Assembly (NCBI GenBank): GCA_964016885.1
Contig: OZ024742.1
Span: forward strand, 121,272,001 to 121,336,000
Length of the DNA stretch: 64,000 nucleotides
From: Eledone cirrhosa
Lineage: Eukaryota
Direction of reading: 5' to 3'
The notes below the pieces were generated by a model. That model did no database searches and had not been told where the DNA came from. It saw only the letters and a program-made list of their open reading frames with translations. The stretch's first letter is position 1; every line of letters begins with the position of its first letter. The position numbers and the translations under genes were made by a program. Shown here in pieces: positions 23,837 through 32,305 of the stretch.

Positions 23837-24373
23837 AGAAAGTGTGACCCCGACGGCAGAGCTCAAGCCGTTTAGACAGCTATTTCTGGACTCAGAAATA
23901 GCCGTCGAAACGGCTTGAGCTCTGCCGTCGGGGTCACACTTTCTCCTATTACCCACTCTACTACCCTAAGTATTGAGTACTCTGGTGCGTTATGGTCCAT
24001 CTGGTTCCTTACCACAACTCCTCCGTTATATATATGGAGGCACATGGCTTAGTGGTTAGAACATTGGCCTTGCAATCGAAAGGTTGTGAGTTCAATTCTC
24101 AGACCGGGTGATGTGTTGTTTCCTTGAGTAAGACACTTTATTTCACATTGCTCCAGTTTACTCAGCTGTAGAAATGAGATGATAGGGACTGGAGTCCATA
24201 TCATTCCACTGCAAAGTGGTCGTGGAGGTGTCACGGCAAAAAAACACCCAGCACTCACTGTAAATGAGGTTGGTGTTAGGAAGGGCATCCAGCTGTAGAA
24301 ATCAAGCCAGAATCAGTTCCCGTCCCACACTTGCAAGCAGGGAAAAGTGGACGTAAAATGATGATGATGATGA

Positions 24374-24430
<57 letters not shown>

Positions 24431-24844
24431 GTTACAACAGTGACATATATAGGTACTTAAATTTTGTTGGGTTATATACTCCAACTCATTCAGACTGTTA
24501 TATAAAATGAAAAAGTCTACCTCCTCAGGTTGATATGAGGTTTTTTGAAAATATCGAGAGTTCTTCAAGGGCAGGTAATTTCGAATTTAGCTATAAATAA
24601 ACAAAACTTTTAGATAGTTTAAAGGAGGTAGCTATAAAAAACCTCACAAAAGTGGGGAACTTGTGTAAAGTTAGTAATTCAAAGAAATTAAATTTCTTGA
24701 AATTTTGTTTGATCTATACATACATACCTTTTATTTTCTCTTTTTCAGTTATTAGCTAAAGAGATACGCCATGAAAGAAACATCATTCTGCAATGCACAC
24801 GTTATATTGTAAAAAACAACTTCTTTCAAAATAAACCAATATAA
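6261..24844 (+). CDS. NUFIP1: FMR1-interacting protein NUFIP1 (box C/D snoRNP assembly factor), 10 coding exons, ~388 aa
   Basis: join(6261-6680, 8535-8651, 10234-10296, 12174-12256, 14278-14361, 17176-17257, 18781-18847, 19813-19854, 23310-23422, 24749-24844). All introns are GT-AG with matching phases (0,0,0,2,2,0,1,1,0). The protein has a Pro/Gln/Tyr-rich N-terminus, two C2H2 fingers, the motif IESQEEIDKWIAERKRNFPT and the C-terminal RPTLLEKLLAKEIRHERNIILQCTRYIVKNNFF. Confidence 0.93.
7331..7515 (+). mobile_element. tRNA-derived SINE family 1 (representative copy; >20 full or partial copies in the window)
   Basis: A-box-like TGGCAGTATCGG, B-box GAGTTCAAATC, core CCTTTCATCCTTACGGGGTCGATAAAATAAAGTACCAG, tail GTAGAAACAATTA; TSD ATTATGTAAAATCTC. 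Other copies near 5160, 6810, 7760, 7890, 12310, 17290, 18630, 26960, 28830, 29010, 30115, 30285, 31830, 33820, 41220, 44470, 48935, 54095, 54305. Confidence 0.88.
8535..8651 (+). CDS. NUFIP1: NUFIP1 exon 2 (C2H2 finger 1)
   Basis: TTTTCAG| EKNK...FSCDICDRGFKTEQIYKEHIDQHEK |GTAAAT. Confidence 0.93.
9015..9398 (+). mobile_element. 3' fragment of an RTE (Expander/Rex3-like) LINE
   Basis: Decayed MGFLRRLFGVTL...IERSWLR*YGHVVKM and a GRP-like motif, (GAA)n tail; same family on the minus strand at ~54500-54855. Confidence 0.65.
10234..10296 (+). CDS. NUFIP1: NUFIP1 exon 3 (finger 2)
   Basis: TTTCCAG| CPKENCNYFAAPKLVKIHIKM |GTAAAT. Confidence 0.92.
10736..11463. repeat. 25-bp minisatellite (~29 copies) inside an antisense SINE head
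   Basis: Unit CACTACCCAGACCAAGAATCAAGT(T/G); the three long ORFs here are repeat artefacts. Confidence 0.95.
11550..11890 (+). mobile_element. tRNA-derived SINE family 2
   Basis: Head GAAGGCACGTGGCTTTGTGGTTAGAG and body GTCCTTGAGCAAGA...TTTATTTCAC...CACTCAGCT shared with the 14679 and 24036 copies. Confidence 0.72.
11959..12101. mobile_element. piggyBac-type MITE
   Basis: TTAA|CCCTTTT...AAAAGGG|TTAA. Confidence 0.65.
12174..12256 (+). CDS. NUFIP1: NUFIP1 exon 4
   Basis: TTTCAG| HHDTGLAKKIWNIESQEEIDKWIAERK(R) |GTAGAA, phase 2. Confidence 0.93.
14278..14361 (+). CDS. NUFIP1: NUFIP1 exon 5
   Basis: TTTCAAG| (R)NFPTVANIAKKQSIIDDKIARGEVLAS(K) |GTAAGT. Confidence 0.92.
14679..15113 (+). mobile_element. 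tRNA-head SINE with RTE-derived 3' end and (GAT)n tail
   Basis: A/B boxes (TGGCTTAGCGG; GAGTTCAATTC). The 3' part GGTTGGTGTTAGGAAGGGCATCCAACTGTAGAAA...GGACGTAAAACGGTGATGATG matches the RTE LINE 3' UTR at 19875-20050. Confidence 0.8.
15494..15850. repeat. 13/15-bp quasi-palindromic minisatellite
   Basis: AGTGATATACTGC units interspersed with AGTGATATACTGCTT. Confidence 0.95.
16695..17055. repeat. Old degenerate ~45-60-bp tandem repeat
   Basis: Recurring TATATTT..CATCTGGCCTGGTCCTGTTACCAG(A/C)TTGG, about 7 times. Confidence 0.6.
17176..17257 (+). CDS. NUFIP1: NUFIP1 exon 6
   Basis: poly-T TAAG| (K)SFHHRPDMPRGKRRFVQAKHLTNGLKK |GTATTC; phase fits exons 5 and 7. Confidence 0.78.
17971..18173. 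mobile_element. piggyBac-type MITE
   Basis: TTCA|CCCTTTAGC...GCTAAAGGG|TTAA; related pieces near 9660 and 13990-14185. Confidence 0.6.
18781..18847 (+). CDS. NUFIP1: NUFIP1 exon 7
   Basis: Strong pyrimidine tract TTTTAG| NQNDCSSDTNKTADKNNLNSKN |GTAAGA, phase 1. Confidence 0.75.
19813..19854 (+). CDS. NUFIP1: NUFIP1 exon 8 (42-nt symmetric exon)
   Basis: TTTAG| (D)LVKNYDFDSPEQD |GTAAGT; phase 1-1. Confidence 0.72.
19874..22385 (-). mobile_element. 5'-truncated RTE-clade LINE, antisense in NUFIP1 intron 8
   Basis: Uninterrupted RT ORF, ~390-nt 3' UTR and (TGA)n tail at 19874-19893. The 5' break is at a (TA)n run and the APE domain is absent. Confidence 0.92.
20267..22384 (-). CDS. RTE LINE ORF, C-terminal ~705 aa: RT with embedded PHD-type finger
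   Basis: MQFGFVSGKSTTDA, FVDLEKAFDRVP, GVHQGSVLSPLLF, LLYADDL, C4HC3 finger, RRLRWYGHVMR, GRPRKTW. The first 24 aa of the ORF-track protein come from flanking DNA. Confidence 0.9.
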   Translation of the reverse strand: MATDEVCGWSRPVGRRRVTWWWNSKVEGSIKAKKQAWKVWRDGGSREDYQVARREARRQVYLARREAEERKFKHVLQRDDQKREVFRIARQCVKENRDIVGEKCVLNDDGTLAITDADKKVAWKCHYERLLNEENNWEKGSLPHIDPIEGPAVLVEGSIISKAIKDMKTGKAAGPSEIVAEMLKASGTVGHTMVTRIVNQVVQNGVVPKDWHSSIIVNCYKGKGDALDRSNYRGIKLIDQVMKVTERVIAQLIRERIDLDEMQFGFVSGKSTTDALFIVRQLQEKYLAKGKPLYLAFVDLEKAFDRVPRSIIWWALRKLGVDEWLVRAIQAMYKETVSKVRINNEYSEEFSVKVGVHQGSVLSPLLFIIALQAITEEFKTGCPWELLYADDLTLIAESMAELEKKFQTWKHGLESKGLKINLAKTKVLVCRKENKAAVPSGKWSCSVCRKGVGRNSILCPKCKVWVHKRCSGITGRLTKNIDFTCGRCSGAISSSKCPQTTSSFNCAEGSIEIVDSFRYLGDKISSGGGCSESTVARVRTGWKKFRELIPLLAAKGFSLKMKGRLYDACIRTAMLHGSETWALCAEDIRRLERNEACMLRWMCNSNIRERQSINELRNKLEIRGIRCCLLERRLRWYGHVMRMKVDSCITKCRAIKIDGSHGIGRPRKTWDELINSDITHLHLSKTMSLDRDLWRYSVTEKTRLT
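23310..23422 (+). CDS. NUFIP1: NUFIP1 exon 9
   Basis: CTTTAG| (E)ENNVPLKKKHANHVSEFPKPPWESRVFLRTRPTLLEK |GTGAGT. Confidence 0.88.
23832..23949. repeat. Near-perfect foldback (57-bp arms, 2 mismatches, 4-nt loop) in NUFIP1 intron 9
   Basis: ATAGGAGAAAGTGTGACCCCGACGGCAGAGCTCAAGCCGTTT...CTG GACT CAG...TTTCTCCTAT, next to (TA)n. Confidence 0.9.
24036..24377 (+). mobile_element. tRNA-head SINE with RTE-derived tail (same family as 14679)
   Basis: Colinear with the 14679 copy; (GAT)n tail then (TA)n. Confidence 0.8.
24749..24844 (+). CDS. NUFIP1: NUFIP1 last coding exon
   Basis: TTTTTCAG| LLAKEIRHERNIILQCTRYIVKNNFFQNKPI*; an AATAAA overlaps the stop. Confidence 0.93.
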   Translation, partial: LLAKEIRHERNIILQCTRYIVKNNFFQNKPI

Positions 24845-25989
24845 TAAAAATCAAACCAAGTGTAAATCTAAGTCTTCATATATGCAATGACATTGAATGT
24901 TTATATACAGGGGATTCTTCTTTTAAATATGTTCTTTTTTTACCTTTATTATTTTTTTATATAAAAAAATGTATAGTTGATCTTTATTTATTGCAATTCA
25001 TGCAATCTTCCAAAGTTTATTAATTGTCATCATGTGATAGTTACCAGCATTGAGCATCTGAAGGAATTAATTTTATTAGAAATATATGTATTTAGTTTGA
25101 TTTAAAATAACCAAATAATTTTGCTAATATCACTCTAGCACAGCAATTCATAACATTTTCACGATAAAGGACCCCTGTGTTTAAATGAATTTTCCCACAG
25201 AGCTCATGCTTTTGAAAAGTCTGTCTACTTAAACTGATTATATTTTTTAACAACAAACTTGTTTATTCATTTTTGTCCTTTAATTGAAAGATATATATGT
25301 AACAACACTTTTTTTTACTTGGTAGATTGGGGGAAGGGGCAATGGTCATGGCATTCACAAGCCTTCCAAGGGCAGATGGTAGACAACCATTGATGTTCTG
25401 TTTTAAATGTTGTAGGTCTACTCTTTTTGGAAAGTTGTGAATAGGGAGGGAGTTCCTGAAGGTTAATGCTGTGGGCATAGTGCAGAACAAAGAAAGTTTG
25501 ACACAACAGAGCTGATGAGATGACGAGAGTGTTGTGTATTGAATTTGTATTGAGTATTATCTAACAAGTGTTGTGTAATAGTTTAATTTTTTAACAACAG
25601 CCAATCATATCACAATCATGTGTTTCAAGTGTACTTGTGTTTATTGCCTATATATTATACTTCATCTATACAGGGGCACACAATTCGATCCAACAGGTTC
25701 GAAGTACAGTCTGACAGTTTGAGGAGTACACAATTCTTTCTGTCCCCATGGAACTATGTTCAGTGTTATTATCATTGTATGTTTGCTTCAGTTTGACAGT
25801 TCTACAGTTTATTGTGTTGAAATAGAAATTTGAAATTACTGTATTATGATGTTCAATTAGCCACGCAAATAAGGAAATAAACGAGACAGCAATAGTGTCG
25901 ACAATAGAGCAAGGAACATTTCTTGGTGACATAAACCTACAGTGGGTCAAAGACATCACAGCGTTGTTTCATGGCCTTTGAAGAAAAGG

Positions 25990-27376
25990 CTTATGAGAAC
26001 GAAGTGGAGGATAACATACAAGATGGTGGCCAAAGTCCTATGGCTATGAAATTAATTTCTTTGGTCAGAATACAAGCGTTAAAGGTTGATATTAACACCC
26101 CAAAGAATATAATGAAAATGACTTACCAGCTCCTATCCATTGTCAACAATGCCTTTTTTAGTTTCCTGGCGGTACACCTACCAACATACTTTTGGCCTAC
26201 CCTTGGGATCGAGACTGTCAGGTTTACTGGCCATCCCTTACATGAACAGACTCAAACGCAGAGTACTCAGCTTCTGTGACACCTGCAGTTTTTTTGCAAG
26301 ATATGTGGACAATATACTCATCCTCACATCCTCCAGGTAGAATGCTAACAGGATATACTAGTCTTTCAACAAATCTGACAGACATCAAGTTCAGCATCGA
26401 ACATCCCACTGACTCCAGGTCCCTCACCTGCTCAACTTCAGACTGAATATCACTGAAAGTGGTGAAATCCACACCAATTTCTACCGCAATGTGGCCAGCA
26501 GGGACCTTTTCTTCCACTATAAATCTGCCCTCTCCAACAGCTCTAAAAGAGAGTACATTTCTAATGAAATTGCTTGCATACACAACTTATGCATCAACTT
26601 TACCCATATCAAGCTGTTCCACAGGGTGTTAAAAACCAATGGCTGCCCAGCTTTCTTCTCCACCTCATGACGAAACCCCAGACTCAGAGACTGGATCAAC
26701 ACAGACAATAGTTGCTTACTCAAGATTCCACATCCCAGCGAAGAGACTACCAATGCCATACGCAAAGCCATCAGAAGAGGGTCTCAATATCAGACTAGCT
26801 CACTTGGGACCTTCCCTGCGGATATACCTATCCACAAGACAACCCCTCATTGAAGATAATAGATGCACCCTAGCCAATTGTCCTATCTGCAACACTAATT
26901 GCTGCCTACGTGCCTACAGGCTAGAATGTGACAAGCATAACCAATTCTACATTGGCAGCATTGGTGGATTGGCAGTATCGGTAGAGGGTCGGACGCCATG
27001 CTTTGACGCATAGAGTTACGCCCCTTGCCATTCAGAGTTCAAATCCCGCCGAGGTTAACTTTGCCTTTCATCCTTACGGGGTCGATAAAATAAAGTACCA
27101 GTAATGCACTGGGTAATTACTGGCCTTGTGCCAAAAGTAGAAACAATTATTTGACCATTACATTTCCGAATTAAAGAGGACATCAACACCAATTCCTCTT
27201 CCTTCCACAAACACATCACCAAATACAGAAACCAGGACAATAAAATAACCACCACCGTCTTTGGTATTGAATGCAGTATAGGCATACTGAGAATCAAGGG
27301 AGCCCTTTTGATTAAGCAACTAAAGCCCGTCATCTATAATAGTATGGAAAAGAATGTGCGACAATGGCTAATCTAA
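25990..27376 (+). pseudogene. Decayed Penelope-like element (RT + C-terminal GIY-YIG), interrupted by a SINE at ~26960-27150
   Basis: FFARYVDNILIL (YVDD), FFHYKSAL..K, CTLANCPIC..AYRLECDKHNQFYIGS [SINE] PLHFRIKE..SSFHKHI..ALLIKQLKPVI; many stops and frameshifts. Confidence 0.72.
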
Positions 27377-27471
27377 TTTGTCCAGCCTAAATATACCATC
27401 TTGCCAACATCCCAGCTACCCGATGTAACGAACGTTCGATTCCTAGCCTATGTCGACACAACTAATGCTAA

Positions 27472-28343
27472 TCTATATATATAAAACTGTGGTTGTCTGT
27501 CTGTCTATCGATTTTTGGCACACATCTCCTCTTAGAATCTCTCACGGAATTGCACCGAAATTGCTATACTTGTACATTGAGCCCTAGCGAAGACATCGGA
27601 AAAAAAATATTTCAAATTGACCCACCCTATGTGACGAAATCGAATATAATGTATCGATTTTTGAGCGTAAGTTATCAGTTATTTCCCTTTGTTCTGTTTA
27701 CATTGAGCGTCTTACGTAAAAAATTACGCTGACACGAACAGTTGTCGAGCCAGCAAAATATTGACCTGCAAAATTCATCAGTTCGAACACTAAGCTTCCG
27801 TTTTGCTTCATTTCCATTTAAAAGCATTTTAAAACAATATTTTTACTTGAAAACAAGTCTATTTAAAGACTACGTAAAACAAGCAAATATTTCGTCGTTA
27901 GGCGTGCAGACAGACAGTCATGCAGAGAGGTGATATACGCGTGCAGACAGATAGTCGTGCAGAGAGGTGATATAGGCGTGCAGACAGACAGTCGTGCAGA
28001 GAGGTGATATAGGCGTGCAGACAGACAGTCGTGCAGAGAGGTGATATAGGCGTGCAGACAGACATAACTGATAATTTGGTTACGCTAATGTTTTTCTCTG
28101 CGTTGCAGTGTTTACATTTTCGATCTTTGTTAATAAATAACCAGTGCAGTTTTTATCCCCAGCAACCTCTTTTGTTATAACATTCGGGTTATCGTTATGT
28201 TTTCTTAACTTCATAAGGCATATTGTTGGTTGAGGGAATATTAATCAAAAACACCACATGCAAGTCTGCAAAAAAGAAACTTAACATTGTAACTTTAACA
28301 CAGCTACTGAGCGACCCCGAGCAACGCCGGGCTTTACTGCTAG
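27472..28343 (+). mobile_element. Non-autonomous Helitron with an internal 37-bp tandem repeat (27901-28063)
   Basis: A|TCTATATATATAAAA 5' end; subterminal hairpin CCCG-AGCAACGC-CGGG; 3' CTAG|T; no TSD. Confidence 0.85.
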
Positions 28344-29469
28344 TAACCTGATAATTCTTTTCTGGTTTTGAGTGGTCACCTAGTTTGACACGATGAATGT
28401 GTATGAGTGGACTTAAAATAAGTAGCTGGTGTTTGGCGTGCGTTAGCTGTCTTCATGCGTAGATAGTTGCCCTTAGACAATGCTATTAATAGGGACGAAT
28501 TCTTCCTCAAACTACCTTTAGTTTTAGAAATTGTCAGAAGAGCAGCCAAATCTGCCGTTAAACACTTGTTAAAATTCACCTTAAATCTATGTTTTAAAAT
28601 CACCTCAAGAATTATAACCTACACATTTTAATATGTATCTCCGCAAAATTTGAATAAAAATACGCATTAATTGGAAAGTTAAGAAACAAATTAGTTATAT
28701 GTGTGTAGCTCAGATAGTGAATCTCTGTAAACTAGAGGAAATAACTCCTACGAAAGCTTGCTAGATTTACTTCCCTTTATATGTAACTTTGTCAGCCACT
28801 ATACAAACCAGCCAACTAGCCTGTCAGAGAGCTTTATTTTATCGACCCCCGTAAGGATGAAAGGCAAAGCTAACCTAACGGGATTTGAACTCAGTCCGTA
28901 AAGGGATGTAACTGTGCTGCAAAGCATGGCGTCCGACCCTCTACCGATGTTGCCAATACACATCATAAGGTGTTTGGGGCTATTATTTCTAGCTTCATAC
29001 TAGAAATAATTGTTTCTACTTTAGGCACAAGGCCAGCAATTATCCAGTGCATTACTGGTACTTTATTTTATCGACCCCGTAAGGATGAAAGGCAAAGTCA
29101 ACCTCGGCGGGATTTGAACTCATCATAAAGGGACGTAACTATGCTTGAAAGCATGGCGTCCGACCCTCTACCGATACTGCCAATCCACCGCCCTTCATAC
29201 TAGAAATAATAGCCCCAAACATCTTAAGTTCACACAACATGCAAGGCATGTCACCTCACCCAATAATTATATATTTTCTCCCCAAACTACCAAAACATAT
29301 CTAATTGTATATGCGCTACAATTTATGTCCATGTTATGTTTATCACATATCGAAGCTTTTTTTTTATATCTTGGTTGATATTTGATAACAACTAAACTAA
29401 TCATCACAACTAAAACGATTACATTTTCCCCACTCCAATTCAAAAATGCTTCCACTACCCCTGACATGT

Positions 29470-30050
29470 CATGTAAAATGTCAAGATTTACCACGAGGTG
29501 AGATGATGAAGGAGACGTGTACTCTTTGAAGTGTCACCTTCGCACTTAACTCTCATTCCGAGCTGGACGGGGTATAACTTCACGTTTCAGTCCATCATGA
29601 CTGACCTGCAAGCTATCTTGCCGCAAGTCGCCGAAAGACGCTGACCACTGTAATGGGTGGAATATCTTCGTCATTTTTCTTCAACACTGTCAAGTTGACT
29701 AAGATGAAAAATATATTGGGCATAGCACTGAGGTCGACACGAAGACTTCGTTAAAGTAGTAATTGACCTCAGCGGAATATGGTGAGGAGATTTATTAGGT
29801 AGCCAGGTCGCACATCATCACTGGGAAGGATCTCAGGGCAGCTACAACGTCTACACTGGATGTGATCATGGCGGTGTCACTGGCTTGGAAGTCCCTGATA
29901 TCGAACGGGATTTCTGGATGCTTAATATGGAGAGAACCCAGGTCATCGGTGTGGGTCAGAGTACCGTCTCTCGAAGCCAGTGTCCTCACCGCAGCAGAAA
30001 CGTCTCCCTCAATCAGTTCACAATTAACTTGGTCACGGTGTCGTATTAAA
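29470..30050 (-). pseudogene. Second decayed CRE-clade RT fragment (N-terminal RT domains)
   Basis: LIEGDVSAAVRTLAS..LHIKHPE..VVAALRSFP; NLTVLKKNDEDIPPITVVSVFRRLAAR; LYPVQLGM. Confidence 0.68.
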
Positions 30051-30060
30051 TGGCGTGTGT

Positions 30061-30102
<42 letters not shown>

Positions 30103-30494
30103 ATTTCTAGTAATGGTGGATTGGCAGAATCGGTAGAGGGTCAGACGCTATGCAGTTCAAATCCCGCCGAGGTTAACTTTGCCTTTCATCCTTACGGGGT
30201 CGATAAAATAAAGTACCAGTAATGTACTGCGTAATTGCTGGCCTTGTGCCAAAAGTAGAAGCACTTATTTCTAGTAATGGTAGCTGGATTGGCAGTATCG
30301 GTAGAGGGTCGGATGCCATGCTTTGACGCACAGAGTTACGGCCCTTGCCATTCTGAGTTCAAATCCCGCCTTTCATCCTTACGGGGTTGATAAAATAAGG
30401 TACCAGCAATGTACTGGGTATTTGCTGGCCTTGTGCCAAAAGTAGAAACAATTATTTCTAGTATTTACCCCGCCTCCGACTCTCCCGTTCCACA

Positions 30495-30542
<48 letters not shown>

Positions 30543-30592
30543 GTATATATGTATGTATAGATATGTATGTATATGTATGTATGTATACAACC

Positions 30593-31169
30593 TGTATCCC
30601 AGTACAACCTGTCCCATGGTCGGGTCGTTGGCGACTAAACTGGCAACCCCACCAAGGTTTCTTGGTGAGGAGGGTGACTTTGGACATCCTGCAGAACTAA
30701 AAACAAAACCTGTCAAAGGGCAAAGGGGCTCTTAAGAGTCAATGGCCATCCAAAATCACCGGGAGAGATGACCCCTTAGCCTTTGTCAAGGCAGAATTCT
30801 AGGAGAAGGAAAACTCTGATATAACACCTGCAACCCTGATGGTATCCAATGATGTTGACTTGTTCTTCTTTTTGGTAAATATCATCTTGGTTAAGAGAGT
30901 GGGACTGGCTTTGTGCAGTGCCTTTGCTCACTATAAAAGCTTCACAGCACAGGCATTGCTTTATATCTGGAGATCTCTCTGCACTTGTCGTCACATGGTA
31001 CCATGGGCCCAGCACTATGTGTCAATAATTGTTACAAGTGTAGTCGTTGTACCAGAGTTTTCAAGTCGCTGACTGGACTAAAAAGTCACACTCGTTCAGC
31101 GCATCGGTAGGGGTTCTCCTACATGGATATAAAGTAGTGGCCGTACTCGAAAACGAGTTGGCAGCCACC

Positions 31170-31170
<1 letters not shown>
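30593..31170 (+). mobile_element. ~600-bp bipartite RTE-derived non-autonomous element, copy 1 (5'-truncated)
   Basis: RTE-like 5'-UTR motif CCCCTTAGCC...CTAGGAGAAGGAAAACTCTGA, C2H2 mini-ORF 31003-31110, terminal stem CTCG-AAAA-CGAG, (TATG)n on both sides. Confidence 0.8.
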
Positions 31171-31200
<30 letters not shown>

Positions 31201-31285
31201 TGTATGTATGTATGTATGTATGTATGTATGTATGTATGTATGTATGTATGTATGTATGCATGCATGTATGTATGTATGTATGTAT

Positions 31286-32305
31286 CGGAAGCATCCGATG
31301 ATGTTGACCAGTTCTCCTTATCGGGTAGTGTTTTCGATACTCAGAGAGGGGGATTGGTCGAGTGCAAGGCCTTTCTCCACTTGAAAAAACCTCCAAAGCA
31401 CAGACATTGCTTGTTCAGGATATGTTACAGATTCGTGTGACTGGCCGTAGCCTAAAAGTGGATCATTTTCTGTAATTTGACAAGTGATTGCAATACTCTT
31501 ATCACAGTTTGCAGCCATCATGTATGTATGTATGTATGTATGTATGTATGTATGTATGTATGTATGTATGTATGTATGTATGTATGTATGTTAAACCACT
31601 GGGAGTGAAGGACCCCTAGCCTTTGTCAGGGCATTCTTCTAGGAGACGGCAACTCATGAATCTGGGATAACTCCAATATAAAACCTGCGGCTGATCTTTT
31701 CTTCTTTTCGGGTTATAGCTACTGTCGCTCAGAGAGTGGGATTGGCTCAGTGCACAGTCTTTCCTCACTTTAAAAAAATATCTTCACGCACAGGCATTGC
31801 ACGATAGAATTAAATAATAATTATTAATAATTGTTTCTACTTTAGGCACAAGGACAGCAATTACCCAGTGCATTACTGGTACTTTATTTTATCGACCCCG
31901 TAAGGATGAAAGGCAAAGTCAACCTCGGCGGGGTTTTGGTATATCGATAACGAGGGGGCAGCCATCATGTATGTATGTATGTATGTATGTATGTATGTAT
32001 GTATGTATGTATGTATGTATGTATGTATGTATGTATGTATGTATGTATGCATGCATGTATGTATGTATGTGTGTATGTATGTATGTATGTATGAACGTGT
32101 GTGCGTGTGTATGTGTGTTTTTTTTTCCTCACTTAAAAAAGCTTCAAGCACAGGCATCGCTTGATATGACATTTTTTGCGATGCATGGTATTGCTGGCTA
32201 TAGGCAAATCCCTAGCAGGACTAGAAAACTGCGTCCGTGATGCTCATGCTTAAGTATCAAGCGATGGCATTACTCGAAATCGAGTTGCAGCCATCATCAT
32301 CATCA
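31286..32305 (+). mobile_element. Three diverged relatives of the bipartite element in tandem (31286-31520; 31592-31967 with a SINE inside; ~32125-32305)
   Basis: All share the CACT..AAAA..C..CA..GCACAG.CAT.GC block and the 3' GCAGCCATCAT end, with different middles. The first two also carry GAGAG(T/G)GGGATTGG..GTGCA. Separated by (TATG)n. Confidence 0.62.

Noticed and set aside
3700-30050. One CRE element split by insertion of the NUFIP1 region
   Set aside because: The left fragment appears to have its own N-terminal RT segment (AGPLLLSAIVALINRF) overlapping the region covered by the right fragment, so these are two insertions.
31047-32240. MYVC/HTYI-repeat ORFs (also at 49.7, 57.4-58.4 and 60.8-62.3 kb)
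   Set aside because: Translations of (TATG)n microsatellites.
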